Assembly: GCA_050633245.1 (NCBI GenBank)
Contig: JBOEGD010000036.1
Span: 414 to 49,927 of the forward strand
DNA from: Calditrichia bacterium
GTDB lineage: Bacteria; Calditrichota; Calditrichia; RBG-13-44-9; J075
Length of the DNA stretch: 49,514 bases
Direction of reading: 5' to 3'
Part shown: positions 19,643 through 28,355 of the stretch, in pieces
How the letters are laid out: every line of letters starts with the position of its first letter
Numbering within the stretch: position 1 is the stretch's first letter
Position numbers and translations under genes: made by a program
The notes under the pieces: model-generated
Seen by the model: only the letters and a program-made list of their open reading frames with translations
What the model was told of the DNA's origin: nothing
Databases searched by the model: none

Positions 19643-22321
19643 CTATAATCCGAACGAGAATCCAAGACGGATCTCCCTGGGCGATCGATAGGCAGTTGGG
19701 TTTAGCACGAAGTCTTCAATGCTGTTATAGCCGATAATTTCACCCTGATTACGAATGGCGTTAAGATCGCGATCCGCTTCTCCGGTTGAACCATAGACCC
19801 AGTTCTCATTCAGGGCATCCAATACGTTGAAGGCCAAGCAGTAAGCAGTTACTCTGGTATTAGCAATATTAAACTGCTTTTCGGCTCGTAGATCGAGCTG
19901 ATAGGTCAGCGGTTTCTTGCGATTGTTACGGAAGTTCACCTGTGCTGCGATATAAGTGAGGTCAGCCGTATATGGTGTTCCAGAACCCATTCTACCAATT
20001 GCACCGACGGTAAAATTACCCGGTTTACCTGCATTCAACGAGAAGTTAAGCGTAGAACGCTGATCCCAATCCAGTGGTGTCAACTGTTTTTCCGGCTCAC
20101 GTGGTGGATCGGACTGATTGTCGAAGAACACGCTACGAGGATCCGAAGCATTTCCTTCGGCATATTGATACGTGTATTCGATGCGACCGCCCCAATAATT
20201 AGTGAAGCGCTTGTCCAGACCAAGGATTACACCACGAACGTTTCCATAGTCGCGGTTAATAAAGCGTGCATACTGCGCGCCATTATAGGTCTCAATAATT
20301 TCAGTATCTACCAGGTTGCGGATATCGCGATAATAACCGGTTAGCTCAACGGCTATGATGTCATTAAGGCCCTGCTTAATACCAATTTCGTATGTTGTTG
20401 TGCGCTGTGGCTCCAGATCGGGATTTCCGCGTGGACCGTTCAGGTCTGCCCCTAAATCGATGATGAAACGCGTTACGCCGGCTGAATCACTAATACCGCC
20501 GTAAAGAAATTCGAAGTTCGGTATCTGAAAGAAATGACCGTAGGCCACGTGAATTACTCCGTCTGCACTTATCGGAAATGCTACGGACATTCTGGGACTA
20601 ATTTGCTGCTTCGGATCGATCTTGCGCAGATTATTCTGTCCAAGAAAATCAAGGTTCGGATCTTTCAGGTCTGCAGGAACATTCGTGTTTGGATCGAAAT
20701 AGTCGTAGCGCAAACCGATATTCATGATGAAGTCTTGATACTCAATCTTGTCCTGCAGATAGGCGGAAATTTCGATGGGCTTTTTTACAAAGTTTTCCCA
20801 ACCAATTGAGTATTCAGCCGGGTAGATAATACCTTCTCCACCGGCAATGTTGTTTGAGTTGAATGCAGTGTAGAATTGATCAATTTCATGCTGTTTGAAC
20901 TCAACACCCATTCCGATAAAATGTTCTTTTGTAAACTGAGTTCTAAGATCGAGCTTGGCAACATCTGTAGTTGTCGTGCGGTCGTAGCGGTCGTTCTGAT
21001 TACCACCGGTACGAAAACTGTTCACACCATTTGCCTGCCCCTGCTCAGGAATTACATAGCGGGGATCAAGTGGGTCTTCATATAAATAACCTTGATAATT
21101 GCTGATGTTTCTGGCAGCGCGAAAGGTGTAAAAACCGCTGGTTGAAAACCCGTGATTTAGAACCAGATTGAAGTTGGCGTTATCGCGGAAGTTATCTTTA
21201 ATTCCGTCCGGCACAAAGCGATAGGAATGGTCATAATAGCGATTAAAGTTATCTGACCATAGAACACCCATGTTTAGTTTCAGGCTGGGTGTTATATAAT
21301 ATGTCAGCTTACTGTGAAAGCTTCGCTCTTCAAAATTGTTCATTGAAACGAACGAGCTGTCTCCGGTATTGAAAAGAATACCGATTGCGGGGTCATATCC
21401 ATCTGTAGTGTTGAACGTTCGGATACCGTAGAGGTAGCCATCATTCTTTACATAGCGGCCAGTTGCAAAAAAGCGCATTTTGTCACCAAACATGGGAATG
21501 GGGCCGGAAATAGAGGCATCGACACTGCGAACGCCGGCTCCGTCGACCTTATCCAAGTTGGGGAAAATATCGCTGTTTGATGTCAAAAATGTTCCGGCAA
21601 AAGAAGAAACATTTAACTCATAGTCCGTTCCACCTTCCCGGGTAACAAGATTGACGATGGCAGAAAGTGCCTGGCCGTATTCTGCGTTAAAGGTACCACT
21701 AATAACTTCCAGTTGTTGAATGGAGCTGTTTTCAACTTCGATACCACGGCTGTTGTTATACGGGTCGTTTACCGGAATACCGTCTACTAAATAGGCTACT
21801 TCACCAAGCCGTCCACCGCGAAAGTGGCCATCTACAACACCTGCCTGGATAGCAACCAGCTGATCAAAGTCGTCCACCGGAAGGGCAGCAATTTCTTCTG
21901 CGCCAATGGTTGCAACCGATGCGGTTACATCTTTTTGAATTAATGGCTGATCTGCGACAACATTTACTTCCTGTCCTTCAATCGCCTTACTCGAAAGCTT
22001 GAAGTCCTGTTGAGTTGTCTGATCAATCTTGACGCGCAGACCTTGCAGTTGAACTTTACCATATCCCAGAATCTCGGCAACTAATGTGTAGCTTCCGGGT
22101 GGGACATTAAGAATAAAGTAATACCCATCAACATCTGTTGTGGCGCCATAATTTTGTCCATCGAGATAGACAACTGCGCCAGTTAAAACTTCGCCTGTCT
22201 CCGCGTCCTTGACGACGCCGGCAATTTTACCGGTGGTTCCGGCAAAGACTAGTCCCTGTAGCATAAGCATACAGAAGAACAGCACGGTTAGGCGTTTCAG
22301 GAATGAATTGTCGCGTTTCAT
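19643..22321 (-). CDS. TonB-dependent receptor with N-terminal carboxypeptidase-regulatory-like domain (not SusC-type)
   Basis: 'GTTGKIAGVVKD...GATTDVDGYYFILNVPPGSY'; plug 'HFRGGR.GEVAYLVDG', 'ISGTFNAEYGQA.S.IVN'; barrel 'NIGLRYDYF', 'GNPDLEPQ.T..YE.G'; C-terminal 'PREIRLGFSFGL'. Confidence 0.93.
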   Translation of the reverse strand: MKRDNSFLKRLTVLFFCMLMLQGLVFAGTTGKIAGVVKDAETGEVLTGAVVYLDGQNYGATTDVDGYYFILNVPPGSYTLVAEILGYGKVQLQGLRVKIDQTTQQDFKLSSKAIEGQEVNVVADQPLIQKDVTASVATIGAEEIAALPVDDFDQLVAIQAGVVDGHFRGGRLGEVAYLVDGIPVNDPYNNSRGIEVENSSIQQLEVISGTFNAEYGQALSAIVNLVTREGGTDYELNVSSFAGTFLTSNSDIFPNLDKVDGAGVRSVDASISGPIPMFGDKMRFFATGRYVKNDGYLYGIRTFNTTDGYDPAIGILFNTGDSSFVSMNNFEERSFHSKLTYYITPSLKLNMGVLWSDNFNRYYDHSYRFVPDGIKDNFRDNANFNLVLNHGFSTSGFYTFRAARNISNYQGYLYEDPLDPRYVIPEQGQANGVNSFRTGGNQNDRYDRTTTTDVAKLDLRTQFTKEHFIGMGVEFKQHEIDQFYTAFNSNNIAGGEGIIYPAEYSIGWENFVKKPIEISAYLQDKIEYQDFIMNIGLRYDYFDPNTNVPADLKDPNLDFLGQNNLRKIDPKQQISPRMSVAFPISADGVIHVAYGHFFQIPNFEFLYGGISDSAGVTRFIIDLGADLNGPRGNPDLEPQRTTTYEIGIKQGLNDIIAVELTGYYRDIRNLVDTEIIETYNGAQYARFINRDYGNVRGVILGLDKRFTNYWGGRIEYTYQYAEGNASDPRSVFFDNQSDPPREPEKQLTPLDWDQRSTLNFSLNAGKPGNFTVGAIGRMGSGTPYTADLTYIAAQVNFRNNRKKPLTYQLDLRAEKQFNIANTRVTAYCLAFNVLDALNENWVYGSTGEADRDLNAIRNQGEIIGYNSIEDFVLNPTAYRSPREIRLGFSFGL

Positions 22322-22361
22322 GTGTCAATAATCTCTCTCTTTAGTCGGGTTTACCTTAAGA

Positions 22362-22391
22362 TGTTCGAAGCAGCATAAGCTGCTTCGAACA
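22362..22391 (-). other. Perfect 13-bp stem-loop between the multi-CBM gene and the TBDR gene, with no U-tract
   Basis: TGTTCGAAGCAGC-ataa-GCTGCTTCGAACA. Confidence 0.75.
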
Positions 22392-22401
22392 AAATCAGGA
22401 G

Positions 22402-24879
22402 TTACTTCATCAGGATCATCTTGCGAGTCTGCGTAAAGCTACCTGCTTCCAAACGATAGAAATAGATTCCGCTGGAGAAACGGCTGGCATCAAGTGCCAC
22501 GCTATAGCTACCCTGCGTTTGGCTCTGATTGACTAATGTTGCAACCTTCTGGCCGATGGTGTTGAAAACCGTCAGCTTAACGTCGGACTGCTTCGCCAAA
22601 ACGTATTCGATAGTTGTTGTCGGGTTGAAGGGGTTCGGATAGTTCTGCTCAAGAGCAAATTCTACCGGAATCAACTGCTCATCATCACCAATTCCAACGA
22701 TCGGATTGGAACGATTACCAATCCAGGTATACAACCACCACTCAGGAGACTGAAAAGAGCGATCTTCATTGTAAGGAGACCATGCCATAATACCTTCACG
22801 GATACCACCACCGTCTGCATCATTTACAGAGATGTCGAACGGAATACGTGCGCCGTTTACCGGAACGAAAACATCATCGGAGCCTGGTGCAGCAAGGTCA
22901 GCCCAAGACAAGCGACCTTCCAATACATAACCAATTGGGAACTGAGTTTCCCAGTGATAATCTGCACTACCGGCTGTCAGAAGAACTGCGCTACCGATGT
23001 TGTCCAGAATTACCTGGTTGTGGTTGAAGCGCAGATGGTGATCTGCCATTGCACCACGCTGATAAGACGTGTGCGGAGCACCGCGCCAGTCGTAGGTTCC
23101 CAAATACAGATCCGGGCTGTCCTGCTCGTAGCTGTTTCCGGCAGTCGTGTCTACAACATCATCAGTTACGTCCATTGCGAAATACAGATAGTCATTGTCG
23201 ACTGCGAAATAAATCTTCAGAGAGAGATCGCCGTCGCCACTAATAGTCGTGTTCGTTACAATCGGTGTGCCTAAAGATGGAGCCATTTCGAAAGGCTGTA
23301 CACTAGCCCACTCGCTTAGGTCGCCATCAGCAACGAAGTTTGAAGGAACATCCAGCGAAAACGTTGCAATTCCTTTTGCTGTGTTACTGGTAGCGTTTAC
23401 AGAAGCAACAGGTGCACCCTGGTTTCCGGCCGCATCCGTTGCGGTTACGGCATAGTAGTAATTTACCGTAGAGTCGGCTAATGGAGAATAAAGCAGGTGA
23501 GACAAAGAGCCGCTGTTTTCGCCAGCTTTTAGACCCTGCTCAACAACGTCAACGCCAGCAGCGTTTACGTCAGTAATCGGATCGTTACTATAGTAGATTT
23601 GATACGTTTCGCCTTCTTCGTTCGGTGTATCTACCCAGGTAACCAGATTTGTCAGGTTATCCGGAACAACGAAGAGAGTCGTCGGAGGATCCGGAGCAAC
23701 AACGTCGATGCTCGGATTACCTGTCCACATATCATCAAACAAAATAGTATAGCCATTTGCACTGGCCTCGGCTAATATCTCAAAACGTGCGATTGCTGTG
23801 GTATCGAGTGAGGTTCCAGCTTCAAAATCATCAATTGCACTAAGTGGAACAGAAATATTCATCCAGGTGTCAGCATAGCCACCTGCAGGCTCGGTAATTA
23901 ATTCTTTTACGGCATTTCCAGAGGTGTCGGCAAATTGCACACGCAGTGTTCCGGTGCCCGTCGGAGCTTTAATCTTGAACTTCAGGCTATCTTCAACCCA
24001 GCGGAATTTGAGATACTTTGACGGAAAGTCGAATCCAAATCCTGACCATTGCTGACCAGCTTGCTGATCCCAGCGTAGAGCATTCGTTCCGGCTGTAGCA
24101 CCAGTTCCCTCTTCAACAGCAACCGAACCATTCCAGGCAAAAAGAGTATTCTCTGTGGGAATTACTCTACCATTGAAAAATACCAGGTTAAGAGCGGAAC
24201 TTCCCGTGAGACGCATGTTATCGAAAACCATTGAGCCATCGATTACATCGAAGGTTTGCGGACCGGTCATAGATATTTCAAAACCAAGCCCTTTTATCTG
24301 ATTAAGATCAAGTGCATCGTTTCCTGCCGCTCCAGCCCAGCCAGTACGCCAGAACCCGTTAGAACCACCGGTAGCACCGCCACCAACGTCTTCCATCGGA
24401 ATTTTTAGTTCATTCCAACCAGGTGTTGCATCGAGAATGTAGTTAAAGGAATACCAGACTTCAGTTGCACCTGCATCATATGCGTCAATACCGCCATCGC
24501 TCACGTCAAAGAGCTGCAAACGAAATTCGGCACGGCCCGGCTCTGATGAAGGCGAGTCGATATAATAACTTATTGCGATAGTGTCGAATGCGCTGAAATC
24601 CCAAACAGCCATTGAATCGGGATTCCAAAGTTCCATTTTAGCAAATCCGCCCCATCCTTCAGCGGCTTCGGCACGCCAATCGAAGCGAAGTGCTTCTGTG
24701 CCCTCGTTAACAATAGTTGTTTCCTGACTCAGTACTACTTCACTGGTGTCAGAAACTGAAGCATAGATAACGGTATAATTCGTATCTACCGGTACATCAA
24801 AACTTTCCAGGGCTAGCTGGGCAAAGCCAACACCCCAGAAACACATCACGCATACTAACGCTTGTAAACATTTTTTCAT
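22402..24879 (-). CDS. T9SS-secreted, apparently non-catalytic glycan-binding protein (two CBM11/CIA30-like beta-sandwiches, Fn3-like, CBM9/DOMON-like sugar-binding domain, CTD)
   Basis: Signal peptide; Trp-rich 'WGGF...WDFS.F..I...GWNELKIP...LDLNQI' and 'WSGFGF...WMNISVPL...LD...I'; CBM9-like 'DGDLSEW...YLYFAMDVTDD...QDS.DLY'; 'QNYPNPFNP' CTD. Confidence 0.75.
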   Translation of the reverse strand: MKKCLQALVCVMCFWGVGFAQLALESFDVPVDTNYTVIYASVSDTSEVVLSQETTIVNEGTEALRFDWRAEAAEGWGGFAKMELWNPDSMAVWDFSAFDTIAISYYIDSPSSEPGRAEFRLQLFDVSDGGIDAYDAGATEVWYSFNYILDATPGWNELKIPMEDVGGGATGGSNGFWRTGWAGAAGNDALDLNQIKGLGFEISMTGPQTFDVIDGSMVFDNMRLTGSSALNLVFFNGRVIPTENTLFAWNGSVAVEEGTGATAGTNALRWDQQAGQQWSGFGFDFPSKYLKFRWVEDSLKFKIKAPTGTGTLRVQFADTSGNAVKELITEPAGGYADTWMNISVPLSAIDDFEAGTSLDTTAIARFEILAEASANGYTILFDDMWTGNPSIDVVAPDPPTTLFVVPDNLTNLVTWVDTPNEEGETYQIYYSNDPITDVNAAGVDVVEQGLKAGENSGSLSHLLYSPLADSTVNYYYAVTATDAAGNQGAPVASVNATSNTAKGIATFSLDVPSNFVADGDLSEWASVQPFEMAPSLGTPIVTNTTISGDGDLSLKIYFAVDNDYLYFAMDVTDDVVDTTAGNSYEQDSPDLYLGTYDWRGAPHTSYQRGAMADHHLRFNHNQVILDNIGSAVLLTAGSADYHWETQFPIGYVLEGRLSWADLAAPGSDDVFVPVNGARIPFDISVNDADGGGIREGIMAWSPYNEDRSFQSPEWWLYTWIGNRSNPIVGIGDDEQLIPVEFALEQNYPNPFNPTTTIEYVLAKQSDVKLTVFNTIGQKVATLVNQSQTQGSYSVALDASRFSSGIYFYRLEAGSFTQTRKMILMK

Positions 24880-25000
24880 CGTGATAGATCTCCTGAGTAA
24901 ATAAATTCTAATGAATTAGTAATTCCAAAAACCTCGCTCCGCATTTCTCACTAATGCAGATTCTTGCATTTCCTCCTGTTTAAGGATTAACCCGATAGCT

Positions 25001-26494
25001 TTATTGGTAATCTTCTCTGAATGCAAAATCTATTTCATTCTTGTCAATAATGGTATTCGGATCGCCGATGTTCTTAAGAATAGACAGCGAATCCAAATTT
25101 ACTGCATACTGCCCGCGAAGGCTGTCGCTGAGCTGCATTCGATGCTTCGTGAAAAAGTAATCAGAGCGAACATTGGCCATCGCGGCATCATCCAGCTTGT
25201 CACCAAACTGTGCTTTTAATGTTTTAAGGCGCTCGCTACTAGTGAATTGACTCAACTCTTCCGGATGAACACGAAAGCGATCACGCTGTTGTTTAAGCCA
25301 CTGACGAGAAAGAATCTTGTCTGACTGAAGCGCTGTTTCGTAAACAACCGTAGGATCTTTCTGAAGACCTTTTTGCTTGGCCATCTGAACAAGTTTATGA
25401 TCTCTCACCGCTACTGCGATCGCCTTTTTCAGCGAGGCGGCCATGTTCACCTGTGGACGCATACCGGTTGGTCGGTTTAAAAGATTCTGCAGAAAACGTT
25501 CTATTGTAAGATGGCCGCCACGAAAGCTGACCAGCACTTCTTGCCTTTGATCTGCAAGTTTCGATGTGGTCTTATTAATCTCCGGATTAGAAAGATAGAT
25601 CGGCATTGCTGTTGTTGATTCTTTGTCTTCAACAATCGTTTCGAACTGCTTTAGTAACGCAAAGAAAGCCTCTCGCTTAATATCGATATTCTGATCTTTC
25701 AACAGGTTGTAGAGAATCTTATCGGAATACTTACGCGCTTTGCGAGCAAAAATAATCTTGTGAATTCGGCTTTTGTTTTCAGCAAAATCCATTTCAGACA
25801 TAAATAGATCTTTTTGCGCATCTATCAGCTTTACAACACGATACTTGCCTTCGATACGAATTGGTTCACTTACTTCATGCAGGTCTAAAGCGAATGCGGC
25901 TCTCTCTATGCGCTCATCCATATCGCCAAACGAATACATTGGAGTAACATCGAGCTCGTCTTCGACAGGATTAAGAATCTGAATTTTGGCATGGTGCTTA
26001 CTTTGCAGTAATGCCCGATATTGTTCGGCGCGTTTTAGGTTTGGGGTCGCAGCGAATGCGAGCTTTACTTTGCGCTTTATTTGATCGTAAGCCGTAGTAT
26101 ATTCGGCGTCACTAATTTCTACGTGACTGGCAACTTCAGAACGGTATAGCGCTTTAATCAGTTCTTTATTTTGGGCAAACTCGAGCTGTCCTTGAATCTC
26201 TTTTTGTTGGTCAAGACCTGATTTTAGCGCTTCCTGAACGTAAAGTTTCTGGTCGATCAGATAATTTATTTGATTTGCATAGGCTTCCGCCTTACTCATT
26301 CCACGTCCCCAACGTGGTTCGAGGTGGTAGCTTCGCCAAAGCTGATGCCAGTCAATTGTAATCTCGCCAGCAGCGGCAACAACCTGTTTTTTATCGGCTG
26401 CAAGTTCGACAACCTCCTGTACTCGTTCCGAGGAACACTGAACGAAGGCGAAGCTGGCTAAAAACAAAAGTGAATAAAATCTTGTCATTCTCAT
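25001..26494 (-). CDS. PpiC/SurA/PrsA-like foldase-type lipoprotein
   Basis: Lipobox-like 'FAFVQC'; 'VVAAAGEITI', 'LIDQKLYVQEA...GLD', degenerate parvulin 'ERAAFAL...EVSEPI...G.Y.VVKL'. Confidence 0.7.
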   Translation of the reverse strand: MRMTRFYSLLFLASFAFVQCSSERVQEVVELAADKKQVVAAAGEITIDWHQLWRSYHLEPRWGRGMSKAEAYANQINYLIDQKLYVQEALKSGLDQQKEIQGQLEFAQNKELIKALYRSEVASHVEISDAEYTTAYDQIKRKVKLAFAATPNLKRAEQYRALLQSKHHAKIQILNPVEDELDVTPMYSFGDMDERIERAAFALDLHEVSEPIRIEGKYRVVKLIDAQKDLFMSEMDFAENKSRIHKIIFARKARKYSDKILYNLLKDQNIDIKREAFFALLKQFETIVEDKESTTAMPIYLSNPEINKTTSKLADQRQEVLVSFRGGHLTIERFLQNLLNRPTGMRPQVNMAASLKKAIAVAVRDHKLVQMAKQKGLQKDPTVVYETALQSDKILSRQWLKQQRDRFRVHPEELSQFTSSERLKTLKAQFGDKLDDAAMANVRSDYFFTKHRMQLSDSLRGQYAVNLDSLSILKNIGDPNTIIDKNEIDFAFREDYQ

Positions 26495-26506
26495 CGAACT
26501 TTCGTG

Positions 26507-28132
26507 TTAAAAGAATATGCCTGAAAGGCCAATAATTAAAAGAATCAGAATTATTGAAAGCATCCTTTGGGGACTGCTTGCGATCATCCCCATGGGTGAT
26601 ACTTCTGTTGGCGCGCTGAAGAATGAGAAGTTTTTTCGTGTGAGTGTGAGATTGCCAGAGGCTTGTTTTCCAGATTGTTCAAATAGATAGCTGAGCGCTG
26701 CCATGGTAATAATCGTTACCAAAAAAAGTGCTGCCGCGAAGTGTAGGAAATTTAATGACATCATGGGGTGCAGAAGCTGCATAAGTAGACTGTCCTGCAG
26801 AAAGCCCATGTCGCTGAATAAACGAAGTAATCCAAGAACACCACCGGTTATTAAGGCACCAAATGCCGAACGTCCATTTGCTCTCCGCCACAACAATCCG
26901 GTAATAAAAACAGCAGCAATTGGCGGACTGATATAAGACTGAAGGGTCTGTAAATGCACATACATATTAGAGTTAATAAACTTGGTAAGTGGAATCCACA
27001 AAATGCAAACCAGCACCATTCCGGTAGTAAACAGCTTACCGATAAGAACCAGCTTACTGTCCGGGGTGTTCGGATACCACACGCGATAATAGTCCATTGT
27101 AAACAAGGTCGCTGCACTGTTAAAGCATGCAGCCAGTGAAGACATGAGTGCAGACAGTATTCCTACAATGACCAACCCCTGTAAACCGGTAGGAATAAGT
27201 CCATTGCCAAGCAAAGCAGTATAGGCTTCATTTCCAGAGATACCGGGATAAAGCGCAGCAGCAATTAGACCCGGAATTACCCAGAGCAATACCGGTAACA
27301 CTTTCAAAAAACCAGCCAGAATAGTACCACTACGTGCCGCTTTAATGTCCTTTGCTGCCAAAATTCGTTGAACAATATATTGATCTGTGCACCAATACCA
27401 GATGGCCAGAATAGGAGCACCGAACAGAATGCCAGACCATGGGAAGTCGGGATCACTTGCCGCTTTAAAAATACTAAAGTGGTCTGCGGGGAGTTGTGCC
27501 TGAAGACCACTCCATCCACCGACCTCAATCAAGCCGCCAACGGTCAGAACTAAAGAGCCGAGAATCATTAGCGCGGCCTGGAGCACCGAAGTATACATAA
27601 CGGCACTTAATCCACCTATAATGGTATATAGGCCGGTTATTACGATCATAAGCACCGCAGAAAAGTAAATATCCCATCCTAAAACCTGCTCAAGAAGCAG
27701 ACCGGCGGCAAAAAGCGTAACGGATAGTTTTGTAAAAATATAGGCAACGATGGAAACGGTGGCAAGATAGATGCGGCTGGCGTTATTGAAGCGCAGTCCA
27801 AAGAATTCGGGAACGGTAAAAACTTTGGAGTTTATAAATACCGGCGCTATCAGCCATCCCAAAACCATGAGAAAGATTATCGCCATCCATTCAATACTTC
27901 CCGCAGCAAGACCACGCGTAGCCCCGTAGCCGGAAAGACCAACGAAGTGCTCAGTCGAGATATTTGTTGCAAAAAGGGAGGCGCCAATTACCAGCCAACC
28001 CATTTGACGGCCGGCAAGGAAATACTGCTCACTAGACTCTTCCTGTTGGTGAGAGTAGTAATAGCCAATACCAAACACGGCAATGAAGTAGCCGACAATG
28101 GTAAAAATGTCTAGTTCGTTAAGCAATAACAT
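26507..28132 (-). CDS. Second sodium:solute symporter (SSS/SGLT-like)
   Basis: 'YFLAGR', 'GASLFATNISTEHFVGLSG', 'WYWCTDQYIVQRIL', 'LSALMSSL'. Confidence 0.95.
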   Translation of the reverse strand: MLLLNELDIFTIVGYFIAVFGIGYYYSHQQEESSEQYFLAGRQMGWLVIGASLFATNISTEHFVGLSGYGATRGLAAGSIEWMAIIFLMVLGWLIAPVFINSKVFTVPEFFGLRFNNASRIYLATVSIVAYIFTKLSVTLFAAGLLLEQVLGWDIYFSAVLMIVITGLYTIIGGLSAVMYTSVLQAALMILGSLVLTVGGLIEVGGWSGLQAQLPADHFSIFKAASDPDFPWSGILFGAPILAIWYWCTDQYIVQRILAAKDIKAARSGTILAGFLKVLPVLLWVIPGLIAAALYPGISGNEAYTALLGNGLIPTGLQGLVIVGILSALMSSLAACFNSAATLFTMDYYRVWYPNTPDSKLVLIGKLFTTGMVLVCILWIPLTKFINSNMYVHLQTLQSYISPPIAAVFITGLLWRRANGRSAFGALITGGVLGLLRLFSDMGFLQDSLLMQLLHPMMSLNFLHFAAALFLVTIITMAALSYLFEQSGKQASGNLTLTRKNFSFFSAPTEVSPMGMIASSPQRMLSIILILLIIGLSGIFF

Positions 28133-28164
28133 GCGAGCCCCAGTGAATAGTATTTGCTCCTATT

Positions 28165-28179
28165 ACATATCTTATGCCA
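28165..28179 (-). promoter_or_regulatory. Putative sigma-54 (-24/-12) promoter TGGCATAAGATATGT for the SSS-to-SSS operon
   Basis: TGGCA -24 box with canonical spacing to a -12 'TGT' (normally TGC). The same variant recurs at 32575-32589, and a sigma-54 activator is encoded in the locus. Confidence 0.75.
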
Positions 28180-28250
28180 GAAAAAATGAGAGTTTAATCG
28201 ACGCTATTGCATGATTTGCCGAACGTGGTGTGTTTAAGTGTACGTGTTTG

Positions 28251-28288
28251 TTATTATTCTGATAATGTGAGCTTTATCAATTTAATAA
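28251..28288. promoter_or_regulatory. Tandem palindromic enhancer sites (TTATTATTCTGATAA, TTATCAATTTAATAA)
   Basis: Two TTATYA-N3-TRATAA palindromes 23 bp apart, roughly 100-135 bp upstream of the predicted transcription start. Confidence 0.75.
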
Positions 28289-28355
28289 GTGCCGACTGTG
28301 GTTAATAAGACCGGATTGCTAAAAGAAATTGGGGTGGTGGAAATGAGTGGTGGGC

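Noticed and set aside
19643-22321. Calling the TBDR SusC and the downstream gene SusD
   Set aside because: The receptor lacks SusC plug signatures. The downstream protein has a cleavable signal peptide and a T9SS-like CTD rather than a lipobox and TPR/SusD features.
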